DNA of 64,000 bases from a virus (Duplodnaviria > Caudoviricetes). Positions 38,553-47,369 of the stretch are shown piece after piece; positions within the stretch are counted from its first letter, which is position 1, and each line of letters starts with the position of its first letter. Position numbers and translations under genes: made by a program. The notes under the pieces were generated by a model, which was not told the DNA's origin, made no database searches, and saw only the letters and a list, made by a program, of their open reading frames with translations. Location of the stretch: IMG/VR virus record IMGVR_UViG_3300027708_000013. One strand, written 5' to 3'.

Positions 38553-38995
38553 CGTGAGTTCTCTGCAAGTTGTTTATATCCACGTGCAGAGGGATGAACA
38601 CCATCAGCACTGACTTCGGGAATGGGTAGCACAGTGTCTCCATACTCCTGTGCAATTTTTCGCACTGTGGCCTGTACATCGGGCTTGATAGCTGGCAAGA
38701 TCCAATACACTCGTTCTGCTTTGGACATTACTCTAACAGTACGCAACTCTGCTTCTGTTTTAATGCCTGCATAGTCATTGCTACCAAGACTGATGATTAT
38801 CGTTCGGGCACGGTAAGGACTGCTGGTGATGTTGCGATTGACCCAGTCTCTACTGTTGATACCACTACGAGCAATCACACTACATTCCGGTCTTGCTTGC
38901 TGTGTGCCCACTGCTATACTATCACCTACAATTAAACATTCTAACATGTTATTGATCCTCATCTCCATTAATTCCATCACTGCCGTATGTAGCAA
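38549..38995 (-). CDS. SGNH/GDSL hydrolase-like protein
   Basis: VGDSI, SLGSND, DGVHP..GY; start probably at the MLECLIVGDS methionine. Confidence 0.8.
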   Translation of the reverse strand: MLHTAVMELMEMRINNMLECLIVGDSIAVGTQQARPECSVIARSGINSRDWVNRNITSSPYRARTIIISLGSNDYAGIKTEAELRTVRVMSKAERVYWILPAIKPDVQATVRKIAQEYGDTVLPIPEVSADGVHPSARGYKQLAENSR

Positions 38996-39055
38996 CTAGA
39001 TATAAAATTAATAGTGCTATGCCAATGATTGTGGCTATCACCTGTTGTTCAATAC

Positions 39056-40366
39056 TCATATCTTTTCTCCAATGTCAAATCCACGGAATCCTTTGAATCT
39101 CGGAAACCTCAAACTGAACGATCCGTCTTGATTTTGCGTAACAGCATCTGCACGTACTTCCACAATATTACCGATAAGGTTATCCCGACCGGCCCAATAA
39201 GCAATGCGATCAGCATCTGTAAGTCCGCTTCCGACATTTGTGCTAATAAGTCTACCATCATCTACTCCTTCTACAATTAATGCACCCAGTCGGCCTAGAT
39301 TCTTACCTGTGCCTTCTTCGGTACCCGTCACTGTTAATGATACTTCAATGTACGGCTTGAGTTTAAGCCAAGCCACTGTGCGTTTGCATTGATATCCTGC
39401 CGCAGGGTCTTTGATCATGATGCCTTCGTAACCGCCTGCCACTGCTGATCTATTGATTTCACGAAAGCGAAGTTGTCCTTGCTCGGTGTCTAAATCCACT
39501 AGTTCCTGTGCCAACGCTGTGACATTGGGCATGTGATCCGCAATGGGTTCAATCCACGCACGAAGTTGATTACTGCGTTGATGCTGAGTGCGAACACTGG
39601 CTCCTGACAGAAATTCTTTCAATGTCAGTATATCAAACAGATTCAATACTGCATCTGCACTTTCAATATTGCTTTTGCGATGTACTTGACGCATGAGGTC
39701 TTGGAAGCTCGAACTCATTACTTCACCATCCAACACCATAGGTTCACGAAATAACTTGGCGTGACGTGCAATTTGTTGGCAAATGTGTGGGAAGTTTACC
39801 AGTTCCTTGCCATTACGGCTATACTGATTAACAACCCCGTCTGGATAAACAATAGAGATAACTCTAACGCCGTCCAATTTAACTTCCACGAGCTTTTGGC
39901 CCGAAACCTTTGATTCGTGATTACTGCTATCATGAGCAAGTTGACAACTGAACACAGGGATAATATAATCGACATACGTTTTCTCCACAACAGAATTGAT
40001 TGTTTTTTCACTTACACCACAGCGTAAGTCCTTGATTAAAATTCTACGGTACCACTGATTCCACTCCTGTTCAGTGGCCTTGAGTCTCATGTGATTCACT
40101 GCTGTGATTGCGGCATTGCCAGTCAATCTACGTTGAGATAAATCTTGTGCTGTTTTCCAAAACACATCTGCATTGAGACCTGGACCTGAATCAGACTTGG
40201 TTTCTACCTTTCGAATACCATAAGTGATCATGCTGTCCAGTGCCGCACGGGCTCCACGAAAGAATTCTGTGTTGCCGGCTTTGGCTTCACGTGCCACAAC
40301 AGATTCTTTAAACAAGCGACTGTTATCGCTTTCTAATTCCCCAACAACTTCCCACGGTTTTAACAT
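39056..40366 (-). CDS. ATP-dependent DNA ligase
   Basis: KLDGVR motif I, LDGEV, FDIL, EGIMIK, WLKLKP, SLRFPRF; start at 40366 after AGGAG. Confidence 0.95.
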   Translation of the reverse strand: MLKPWEVVGELESDNSRLFKESVVAREAKAGNTEFFRGARAALDSMITYGIRKVETKSDSGPGLNADVFWKTAQDLSQRRLTGNAAITAVNHMRLKATEQEWNQWYRRILIKDLRCGVSEKTINSVVEKTYVDYIIPVFSCQLAHDSSNHESKVSGQKLVEVKLDGVRVISIVYPDGVVNQYSRNGKELVNFPHICQQIARHAKLFREPMVLDGEVMSSSFQDLMRQVHRKSNIESADAVLNLFDILTLKEFLSGASVRTQHQRSNQLRAWIEPIADHMPNVTALAQELVDLDTEQGQLRFREINRSAVAGGYEGIMIKDPAAGYQCKRTVAWLKLKPYIEVSLTVTGTEEGTGKNLGRLGALIVEGVDDGRLISTNVGSGLTDADRIAYWAGRDNLIGNIVEVRADAVTQNQDGSFSLRFPRFKGFRGFDIGEKI

Positions 40367-40395
40367 TTCGGCTCCTAACATTTCACTATACAACT

Positions 40396-40424
40396 ATTAT
40401 AGCATGACTTGAATTCTGGGTCAA
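40396..40424 (-). promoter_or_regulatory. sigma70-type promoter
   Basis: TTGACC-17-TATAAT. Confidence 0.78.
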
Positions 40425-40612
40425 CTGTTATTGACCACTGCCTGCACCAGATTTTTAATGCGTAGTTCACGATACCGGCCAATGCGTTCTTCCAACTCCA
40501 TGGCATGACCACGATAGTGTGTCACCAGGTCTTCGGCTAAATCGTCCAGCTCTGACTCGGTTAAATCGGCTATGGTTTCTGCTAGGCCAATAATTTTTAT
40601 ATCATTGCACAT
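40421..40612 (-). CDS. Small acidic hypothetical protein
   Basis: 63 aa ORF with AAGGA RBS. Confidence 0.5.
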   Translation of the reverse strand: MCNDIKIIGLAETIADLTESELDDLAEDLVTHYRGHAMELEERIGRYRELRIKNLVQAVVNNS

Positions 40613-40635
40613 TGTCGTCCTTGCTGTATTTTATG

Positions 40636-40938
40636 TTAATTACCAAGTACTGCCCAGATTGCAGTCTGCTCTAAGTCTGTTTCAAACTCGGGATATATTC
40701 TATCCAATTCTGTTGTGGGTATCTCAGCGTATCCTTTCTTTTGCTTGGCTCTGATCGAATTGTTTATTTGATATGCTTCACCACTGAATGGTTTGGTTTG
40801 CAATTTCTTACCACGCCTGCCCCAAACAGTCGCATAGTTTCCAGCATCTGCCCCGTGCTTGGGTGTTCGCAAACAAATAACTGCCCAAATTTTGTCATGG
40901 TTATCTTCGCGACACCATCCAATCCATTTGTAATTCAT
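40636..40938 (-). CDS. WGR-like domain protein
   Basis: DKIWAV...TVWGRRGK...KQKKGY. Confidence 0.6.
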   Translation of the reverse strand: MNYKWIGWCREDNHDKIWAVICLRTPKHGADAGNYATVWGRRGKKLQTKPFSGEAYQINNSIRAKQKKGYAEIPTTELDRIYPEFETDLEQTAIWAVLGN

Positions 40939-41471
40939 TCAGACTCCTGATAAGGTTTGTGTGGTTCAAGTCCCAATTCCTCAACTCCATCTTTGTACCA
41001 TACTGTGACATCATCTTCCAATTCGGCAATACCTGCACTGATGCCAAATTCCGTATCTAAATCCACAGGAATGGTGTTGGCCACTTCCGCGGCAGTCAAG
41101 TCGCCGATGTTGTAGCAGTCGTCTCCGGTTTCATCAAAGATACCACAAAATGCCATGTTGGGTTCGTAATACCGGGCCGTGACTCGAAAGCCCAGGTCCT
41201 GCAATCGTTCGTATGCGGCAATGGGTGGCGACCAGGCTGAATCAAACGCCAAGTCTAACTCAGTGGGCTTGCAGTTCATAATAAAATTACCGCCACCCAC
41301 GTCCCATTTGGTTCCCCAATTGTTTACACACCAATCATAATCCCACTCACCGTTGGGTAAAGGGATAAATTCTGCCAACAACTCACTGCGAGTGTAGGCC
41401 TTCTTTGCACGGTCAATCATGTCAGGATCACTATGTTGTAATTGTAAACTATTTTCACACCAATTTGGCAT
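40935..41471 (-). CDS. Conserved phage protein (MPNWC-start family, ferredoxin-like fold)
   Basis: MPNWCEN, WYDWCVNNWGTKWD, FDSAWSPP, YYEP. Confidence 0.65.
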   Translation of the reverse strand: MPNWCENSLQLQHSDPDMIDRAKKAYTRSELLAEFIPLPNGEWDYDWCVNNWGTKWDVGGGNFIMNCKPTELDLAFDSAWSPPIAAYERLQDLGFRVTARYYEPNMAFCGIFDETGDDCYNIGDLTAAEVANTIPVDLDTEFGISAGIAELEDDVTVWYKDGVEELGLEPHKPYQESE

Positions 41472-41472
41472 G

Positions 41473-41757
41473 TTATTCTCCTACTTGTAATTGTTTAATT
41501 AATGTATCTTTTTCAATCAATTGAAACTTGAGATCCTGATTCACCTGTGTCAAGACTGAATTTTTCTCTTGTAACAACTGTAGTTCTTCCTGCAACTCCA
41601 GATCCGGTTCAACAAACTGTATGGCCATGTCACAGGCACTGCTGAAACATGTGGGACAAAAACTCACTGGCAACATGCCAAAGTGTCCTTGTACTCCACC
41701 TTCATCGTCGGAATATTCGGTACTGCATATATTACATATCTGTTCCGGCACTATCAA
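41473..41757 (-). CDS. Small zinc-finger plus coiled-coil protein
   Basis: CNIC...CPTC then leucine heptads. Confidence 0.55.
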   Translation of the reverse strand: MIVPEQICNICSTEYSDDEGGVQGHFGMLPVSFCPTCFSSACDMAIQFVEPDLELQEELQLLQEKNSVLTQVNQDLKFQLIEKDTLIKQLQVGE

Positions 41758-42100
41758 TCTCCTTTGTATGACGGCATTGACCTCTAAATGTGTAGCCGGG
41801 ACATGTACATGCTAACACACCGTCCACACGCTGTACAATATATTGACCGCCATTTGATCCTGCCACTGTCCACTGCTGGGTGGATTTGATCTCATTCAAA
41901 TCAATTTCGCCCAGCTCCGGAACTTCCTCAAATGTACGACCACGACTACTGAATTGGTATGGTTTCTTTATCACCACTGGCTCACTGGTGCCTGCTGGCA
42001 AGTAGCCATACATCTTGTCCCGAGACGTGTTCAACAGGTATATGTGATTGGGCACTGTGTAGTCTGTGTCCCAGGCAGTGGTTTCTCTATAAAATTTCAC
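41732..42100 (-). CDS. SWIM-type zinc finger protein
   Basis: CTCPGYTFRGQCRH. Confidence 0.7.
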   Translation of the reverse strand: MKFYRETTAWDTDYTVPNHIYLLNTSRDKMYGYLPAGTSEPVVIKKPYQFSSRGRTFEEVPELGEIDLNEIKSTQQWTVAGSNGGQYIVQRVDGVLACTCPGYTFRGQCRHTKEIDSAGTDM

Positions 42101-42223
42101 ATCTATCCTTGTTAAAAAATAAGTGCTGGTTTTTATTTCAAGTCTAAAACCAGCAAAAGCGACATGCGGGTTTCTGGAGTATCAAGGCTCTCCAAGGAAG
42201 GCATCTCCCCATTACAGCCTGGT

Positions 42224-42541
42224 TTAATCAGCTCGGGAACAAGCATAAGCACGTAAGCCGGCCTGCTGTAATACTCGAGCAAATGCATCGGCACCAGCTT
42301 CTTTGACGTCCATGCTCTGTCCATGATATGCACCTGCTGTCCACAGGCTTAGACATTTGGGTTTGTAACTTTTCTTAAAACCCGCGGCAATCAATTCTCG
42401 GGCTTGCTTGGAGTTGACTCGATCCACATAAACTTCAACCCAACCAAAACCACAGTATGCAGGCTCACCATGTTTAGCAAGAAAATCGTTTTCGGCTTGT
42501 ACTGCGGCTTGTTGTGCATTTTGAACAATTTCTTTTATCAT
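42224..42541 (-). CDS. Early hypothetical protein
   Basis: AGGAG RBS and promoter 42572-42600; YCGFGWV motif. Confidence 0.7.
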   Translation of the reverse strand: MIKEIVQNAQQAAVQAENDFLAKHGEPAYCGFGWVEVYVDRVNSKQARELIAAGFKKSYKPKCLSLWTAGAYHGQSMDVKEAGADAFARVLQQAGLRAYACSRAD

Positions 42542-42571
42542 TTACAGCTCCTTTTGTTTAACTATACTACT

Positions 42572-42607
42572 ATTATACAATATTTGGAATTTTGGGTCAA
42601 CCAAAAT
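42572..42607 (-). promoter_or_regulatory. sigma70 promoter with palindromic operator around -35
   Basis: TTGACC-17-TATAAT; AATTTTGG-GTCAA-CCAAAATT. Confidence 0.8.
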
Positions 42608-42879
42608 TACGCTAGAGTCACTTGTACTTGGAATCCACGCACTGTCATGCCCAGGCCTGTGGGCACATCGGCACCCAAGTGCTGAGCGAAACTGCGTTTG
42701 CGAGCCAACTGCTCCATGACATCCCAAACAGCAACTCTGGCATTTGTTGTGGCAAAATCTTCTGCCATTTGCCGAACAGTCAAGTAAAACCCAATGTCAT
42801 ATTCACTGCCACCTTGACCAAAAATCACACGGAATCTTTGGCTGTTTTTAAAACCTTCTATGATTGTTTTTTTACGCAT
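42607..42879 (-). CDS. Early hypothetical protein
   Basis: AGGAG RBS; promoter 42911-42939. Confidence 0.65.
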   Translation of the reverse strand: MRKKTIIEGFKNSQRFRVIFGQGGSEYDIGFYLTVRQMAEDFATTNARVAVWDVMEQLARKRSFAQHLGADVPTGLGMTVRGFQVQVTLA

Positions 42880-42944
42880 GTTCAGCTCCTTAAAATTTAA
42901 CTATACTAATATTATAACAAATGACCCATTATGGGTCAACCAAA

Positions 42945-43175
42945 TTAAAAGTGTGGATCCAAGTGGTTATGCACTCCCGGAATTAAGTAAACATATCTGC
43001 AACCAGTTTCAGTGTAGATTGTTCTACCATCGTACGACTGTTTTTTAGTGTACTTTTTACCAGTATCAGTGAAAATAAAACGCGGAGTAATACGTGTGAT
43101 TTTACCATCATAGTATCTATCACCGTTGATACCGTAACTTACATCATCGCCTACATTGTATTTTGCTTCTACCAT
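42945..43175 (-). CDS. Early hypothetical protein
   Basis: Start MVEAKY at 43175 after AGGAG; promoter 43206-43234 (TTGCAC-17-TATAAT). Confidence 0.65.
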   Translation of the reverse strand: MVEAKYNVGDDVSYGINGDRYYDGKITRITPRFIFTDTGKKYTKKQSYDGRTIYTETGCRYVYLIPGVHNHLDPHF

Positions 43176-43245
43176 TTCTAACTCCTTTTTATTAACTATA
43201 CATATATTATACGGGTTTTGGATTTCTGGTGCAACCAAAATGTCC

Positions 43246-43275
43246 AAAAAAAAGCCCCTTGTAAACAGGGGCTCT
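43246..43275 (-). terminator. Intrinsic terminator
   Basis: AGAGCCCCT-GTTTACA-AGGGGCT followed by T8 on the minus strand. Confidence 0.8.
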
Positions 43276-43303
43276 CGGCTGTTGTTTTTCTGCAACACAT
43301 GGC

Positions 43304-44269
43304 TTATTCTATGTTTTTGCTCACGTTTTTAAGCAATTTTAAGGTCTGGGATTGGGTGTTTGCCAACTGCTCAAACGTACCGCCCGGGTTTATAATACCA
43401 ATTGCTTTTAATCTTTCAGCATACACTGGATTTTTAAGTTCTTGATTTATTAAATTGTTGATACGTGCTCTGGCCGAAAGAGGTGTATCTGCAGGTGCAT
43501 ACACGCCATACCAAATGTTTAAGCCCAGTTCTGGATGTAAATTGGACAACACTGGTACAGTTACGGCAGGATTCAATTCATGCACCAGTCTAGAACCTTC
43601 AGGTGTCAGCGCCGCAATGATTTTAATTTTACCCGACATCCAAGCCGGACGCATGGTGCTCAACACATCAAAGGCAAAGTCTACATTGCCGCCTATTAGG
43701 TCTGTCAGTTGTGGTGCACCACCTTTGTAATTGATAATCTGTGGCATAGGTAATTTTTCCAACTTGGCCCACAGTGTAAAGAGATTTGCAGTGTTTTTAT
43801 TCCAGTAGGCCACATTGAACCGTTGAGGATTTTTACGCACATAATCTTTTAGTTCTGCATAGGTGTTGACAGCACTGTTGGCTGGAACAGCCAACACCAT
43901 GGTACTGATGCCCAAGGGTACTACAGGATCAAAACTAGATTCTGTATATTCAATGCCGTCTGATCGAGTCTTGAATGCTATGTTGCTGTCCAAGAATCCA
44001 GTGCCGCCCATGAACAAGGTATGTCCATCAGGCTTGGCCCGTGCCACAAAGTTTGCGGCTATGACAGTGTCTGCCCCGGGTCGATTTACAACCACAGCTC
44101 GCCATCCGTTGTTGGCAAACATTTCCTCGACGATACGAGCAACACGATCACTGTTACCACCCGGCGGGTATGCCACCACAATCTCAATGGGTCGCTTGGT
44201 TGGGTCAAACTCAGCCACAGCTGACAGTGATGTCAATAATGCTATGGCGATGATAATTCTTTTAAACAT
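43304..44269 (-). CDS. Bug/TctC family substrate-binding protein (second copy)
   Basis: Signal peptide, RPIEIVVAYPPGG, VVNRPGAD, KPDGHTL, YKGGAPQLTDLIGGNVD. Confidence 0.9.
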   Translation of the reverse strand: MFKRIIIAIALLTSLSAVAEFDPTKRPIEIVVAYPPGGNSDRVARIVEEMFANNGWRAVVVNRPGADTVIAANFVARAKPDGHTLFMGGTGFLDSNIAFKTRSDGIEYTESSFDPVVPLGISTMVLAVPANSAVNTYAELKDYVRKNPQRFNVAYWNKNTANLFTLWAKLEKLPMPQIINYKGGAPQLTDLIGGNVDFAFDVLSTMRPAWMSGKIKIIAALTPEGSRLVHELNPAVTVPVLSNLHPELGLNIWYGVYAPADTPLSARARINNLINQELKNPVYAERLKAIGIINPGGTFEQLANTQSQTLKLLKNVSKNIE

Positions 44270-44270
44270 G

Positions 44271-45404
44271 TTAATCTCCTAGGTAGTATTGTTTTGAATA
44301 AATTTCTTTTAACTTTAATAAAGTATTTTGTTCTTTGAGTGCGTTGCTATTTAGAAAATTAAAAAACTTTTCATCTGCTCGTATATTATACAATCCTTTG
44401 ACATAGTTTCTGGCAACTGAATTGCCCAATTTAAGTTGTGCAATCAACATGGGTTCTCCGTCGGCATCATATTCATTTATATCTGCACCTGGTGTAATTT
44501 TAGCGTTCCACATGGGACTCAGTAATCTCTTTTGAACCCAACTGGCACCAAATGTCAATTCAGGATGACGCCCCACTGCTCTTGCCCATGCAGTGTATTC
44601 TTGTGGACTATCTCTGACTTGAGAATGCGTACCTCTTTCTCTGACATGGTTGCGACTTTGCAATAATTTTAGTGCTTGTTTGGCCAAGTGACTTTGTTTC
44701 AGATTCACCATGGGATCCAAGTAAAAACATTCAATATTGTTATGTCCCATTGCAGTGCGAATAAATTTGTCAACTTGGCTTGCATAGTAGCAACCATTGT
44801 TGAATACTACATTTGGTTTTTCTAATCCCACCACCAGTCCCCAGCGATGCCCGCTGTGATTACGCTCGCAATGCTCTACTGTTAAATCAGAAACACTGGA
44901 CTGTCCTAAGCGTAACAAGTCGCCTTTGTTTTGAAAAATCCAATCCTCATCTTTAACAACATGACTACGCAATTCTAGATCGTATTCGCCCCAGGTTGTA
45001 ATTTTACTGGTTGGATCCCAGTGATGCTTCATCAACCAATCCACATGACTGTCTGGATAAGGATCGCCACCAGAAATTTGATTGGTGTGTTTAACAATGA
45101 ATTCGTCTACATGTATTCTGTTGCGTTTGAATATATTATAAATTGTATGGCTATCCGTGCCACCGGACCACATAAATATCAATCGCTCGTACTTGTTTCT
45201 TAGGTTGACAGCATGAGCTGACATTATGTCGTCAAATGTCGGTTCAGGCTCTTGAGTCCAATCCAAGGCATCGTACTCTCGGTCATGACAATACAACTCC
45301 ACTGTGTTGCCAGACGTCATTGATTCGTACTGTGCAAGATATATGTTATAAAATATTTTATTATTACAGATGTAATAAATTTCGGATGGTGTTGATGCGA
45401 TCAT
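44271..45404 (-). CDS. PP-loop ATPase (adenine nucleotide alpha hydrolase family)
   Basis: FMWSGGTDS motif. Confidence 0.6.
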   Translation of the reverse strand: MIASTPSEIYYICNNKIFYNIYLAQYESMTSGNTVELYCHDREYDALDWTQEPEPTFDDIMSAHAVNLRNKYERLIFMWSGGTDSHTIYNIFKRNRIHVDEFIVKHTNQISGGDPYPDSHVDWLMKHHWDPTSKITTWGEYDLELRSHVVKDEDWIFQNKGDLLRLGQSSVSDLTVEHCERNHSGHRWGLVVGLEKPNVVFNNGCYYASQVDKFIRTAMGHNNIECFYLDPMVNLKQSHLAKQALKLLQSRNHVRERGTHSQVRDSPQEYTAWARAVGRHPELTFGASWVQKRLLSPMWNAKITPGADINEYDADGEPMLIAQLKLGNSVARNYVKGLYNIRADEKFFNFLNSNALKEQNTLLKLKEIYSKQYYLGD

Positions 45405-45411
45405 TGAATAT

Positions 45412-46578
45412 TTAACGATTAAAAAGATTGTAATTACCGGTATCGTATTTTTTATTACATCTGTAAAAACTAAGCATGTGAGTGGAGTAGGTTATTGCAT
45501 CTCGAACTCGAAGCCATTGCGGCGTAGTATCGTCTACAAATTGATTCAACCCTATTTCTAAAGTAAAACGTATTAGATCCAATAGTACTTTTTTACTCAA
45601 CGCATAACCACTATCTTGTATTTGATACACACTGGTGGTTGGCATGACTGGATTAATATCATTGTGTTCTTTGACATTGTCGGAGGAAAGTTGATCTAAC
45701 CCTGATTCCCACATTATTTTTAAGGCAGATATTTCTAATAATATAGACTTTAATTTATACACCAACACAGGATCTTGAACCTCGGGACATTTTGATAATT
45801 CGTCATAGAGACCAATGATGACGCCCAAATGCACAGTGACCCAACATTGTCTTACAAAGTTTCCCCACGGATATGTGGGATCCGAGCGTGGATTTGTTTT
45901 TAATATATAGCAATCATCTGTACCCACTGGCAGTGGTTCATGTAGGGTTAAAATTCCTGGCGCTGCTCCTTTCATTCCCACAGCAGTTGGACTTTCTGTT
46001 CCATCGGTTCTCGAATGTTTGATTTTATTTAAATTTAAATAAACAACATATATTGAAACTTCTGCATTGTGTTGACTGTGTTTATGTGCATAACTGACTT
46101 GCGGAGCACCTGTTTTTGGTACTTCTATCACACAAATGTCAGCGGATTTTAAATTACTTACCCAACATTTTGTTCCAGGAAGTAACATGTTTGTGTCTGT
46201 ATCGTAACGTATAGTATCTGCGGCACGACTACTTGAATAGCAACAAATCGTTTCATGATATGCACAAGATTTCAACAGACGATCGCCGGCTCGGTCGGGT
46301 ACAAGGCTGACAGCTAATCTGGATTTATGATTGTGTTGAACACAGTGTGCCATGGATAAATCGCGTTGGGCAACATACATTAAATTGTAGTAGAAAATTT
46401 TCTTTTCCGCATTAGTTGCTGTTGCAAAATCAAAATCAAAAAACGGAGCTAAAATCTTAAGATTTTTTTGAAAGTCGCTGTTGTCTTGTAAAGATTCTAT
46501 GGGAAGGTTTAATTTTTCTAGAAGTTTGATATTTTTGAGCATGACAAGAAAGAGTATGTAAATGTATTTAGTTTGCAC
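45412..46578 (-). CDS. Acyl-CoA dehydrogenase-like protein
   Basis: GTKCWVSN, AVGMKG motifs resembling ACAD; start uncertain. Confidence 0.5.
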   Translation of the reverse strand: MQTKYIYILFLVMLKNIKLLEKLNLPIESLQDNSDFQKNLKILAPFFDFDFATATNAEKKIFYYNLMYVAQRDLSMAHCVQHNHKSRLAVSLVPDRAGDRLLKSCAYHETICCYSSSRAADTIRYDTDTNMLLPGTKCWVSNLKSADICVIEVPKTGAPQVSYAHKHSQHNAEVSIYVVYLNLNKIKHSRTDGTESPTAVGMKGAAPGILTLHEPLPVGTDDCYILKTNPRSDPTYPWGNFVRQCWVTVHLGVIIGLYDELSKCPEVQDPVLVYKLKSILLEISALKIMWESGLDQLSSDNVKEHNDINPVMPTTSVYQIQDSGYALSKKVLLDLIRFTLEIGLNQFVDDTTPQWLRVRDAITYSTHMLSFYRCNKKYDTGNYNLFNR

Positions 46579-46590
46579 TGTGAGGGTAAC

Positions 46591-46618
46591 AAAAAACCCG
46601 CCGAAGCGGGTTCTGCTA
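46591..46618 (-). terminator. Intrinsic terminator after tmRNA
   Basis: AACCCGC-TTCG-GCGGGTTTTTT. Confidence 0.85.
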
Positions 46619-46921
46619 TTTTTGGTAATAAGGTATAACTACCCCAGAGATCATGCCGCTAGGGCGTAAACCTCATCATTAGATGCGTTTGCATTTATCG
46701 ATTTGCTTGATTTACAGTCATCGCCTACTGTGTTGCCGTCTCCATTACCTACCCCTGTCGAAACCATGGCTGGCCCATCAGAAGAAAACTCAGATCCTTT
46801 CACGGTTGGCTCCATTACTGGTTGGCCGCAGTATGCATCCTGCTGAATTTTCTTTTGGTGGACCAGGCGGGAGTCGAACCCGCGTCCAGAAGTCCTTCAC
46901 TTTGAAGGAATTACAACAATT
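46591..46921 (-). ncRNA. ssrA: Circularly permuted (two-piece) tmRNA
   Basis: T-arm and acceptor 3' end GGGTTCGACTCCC...CTGGTCCACCA (ending 46856) precede the 5' end GGGCCAG (46776). The acceptor stem has a G3-U70 pair. Tag ORF 46691-46650 encodes ANASNDEVYALAA*. Confidence 0.92.
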
Positions 46922-46924
46922 CTT

Positions 46925-47071
46925 TTAATTATAACCACGTATGACATTGTTGTCAATGGGTGGATTTGATCTTGCCAATTCTCGTTTAACAGCTTCTTGA
47001 TGTTGCTGTTCTTTTTTCTGCTTGTTCTGTTCAAACTTCTGAAGTATCACAACTTCTTCTTTGTGTGGCAT
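46925..47071 (-). CDS. Small charged helical protein (48 aa)
   Basis: Manual translation MPHKEEVVILQKFEQNKQKKEQ...GYN*, downstream of TAAATA. Confidence 0.5.
   Translation of the reverse strand: MPHKEEVVILQKFEQNKQKKEQQHQEAVKRELARSNPPIDNNVIRGYN
46928..46956 (-). promoter_or_regulatory. Perfect consensus sigma70 promoter for tmRNA
   Basis: TTGACA-17-TATAAT. Confidence 0.88.
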
Positions 47072-47095
47072 AGTATAACTATTTAGTATAGATAA

Positions 47096-47369
47096 ATGCA
47101 GGAGTGTCGTATTTCGGAGTCTTCCGCTAAGAAGTCCTTAACCATTGACACGGTTATGTCAGGACTGTGTGATGGTCCACTCAGCCCGCCTAGTCAACAC
47201 GTCTGTCAACGATACCCGTAGTTTCCTCTCCTACACTTACCTATACTAGATAGGATCCCGGGGGGTTCGAGTCTCACCGGGGTCGACATGCAAGTTTTGT
47301 AGACGTTGTTTCAAGCGAGCGAATTTCTTCGCCTCTACCGGAAGGCATCTCCCTTTCGCTGATACCGGC
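47096..47369 (-). ncRNA. Candidate structured non-coding RNA of unknown class
   Basis: About 270 nt ORF-free, GC-richer interval with several predicted hairpins and a long-range closing stem. Confidence 0.5.

Noticed and set aside
46683-46928. 81 aa plus-strand ORF
   Set aside because: It is the antisense shadow of the tmRNA gene.
47254-47284. tRNA gene suggested by GGTTCGAGTC on the plus strand
   Set aside because: No D-arm, anticodon arm or acceptor stem can be built around it; it is only a hairpin within the candidate ncRNA.
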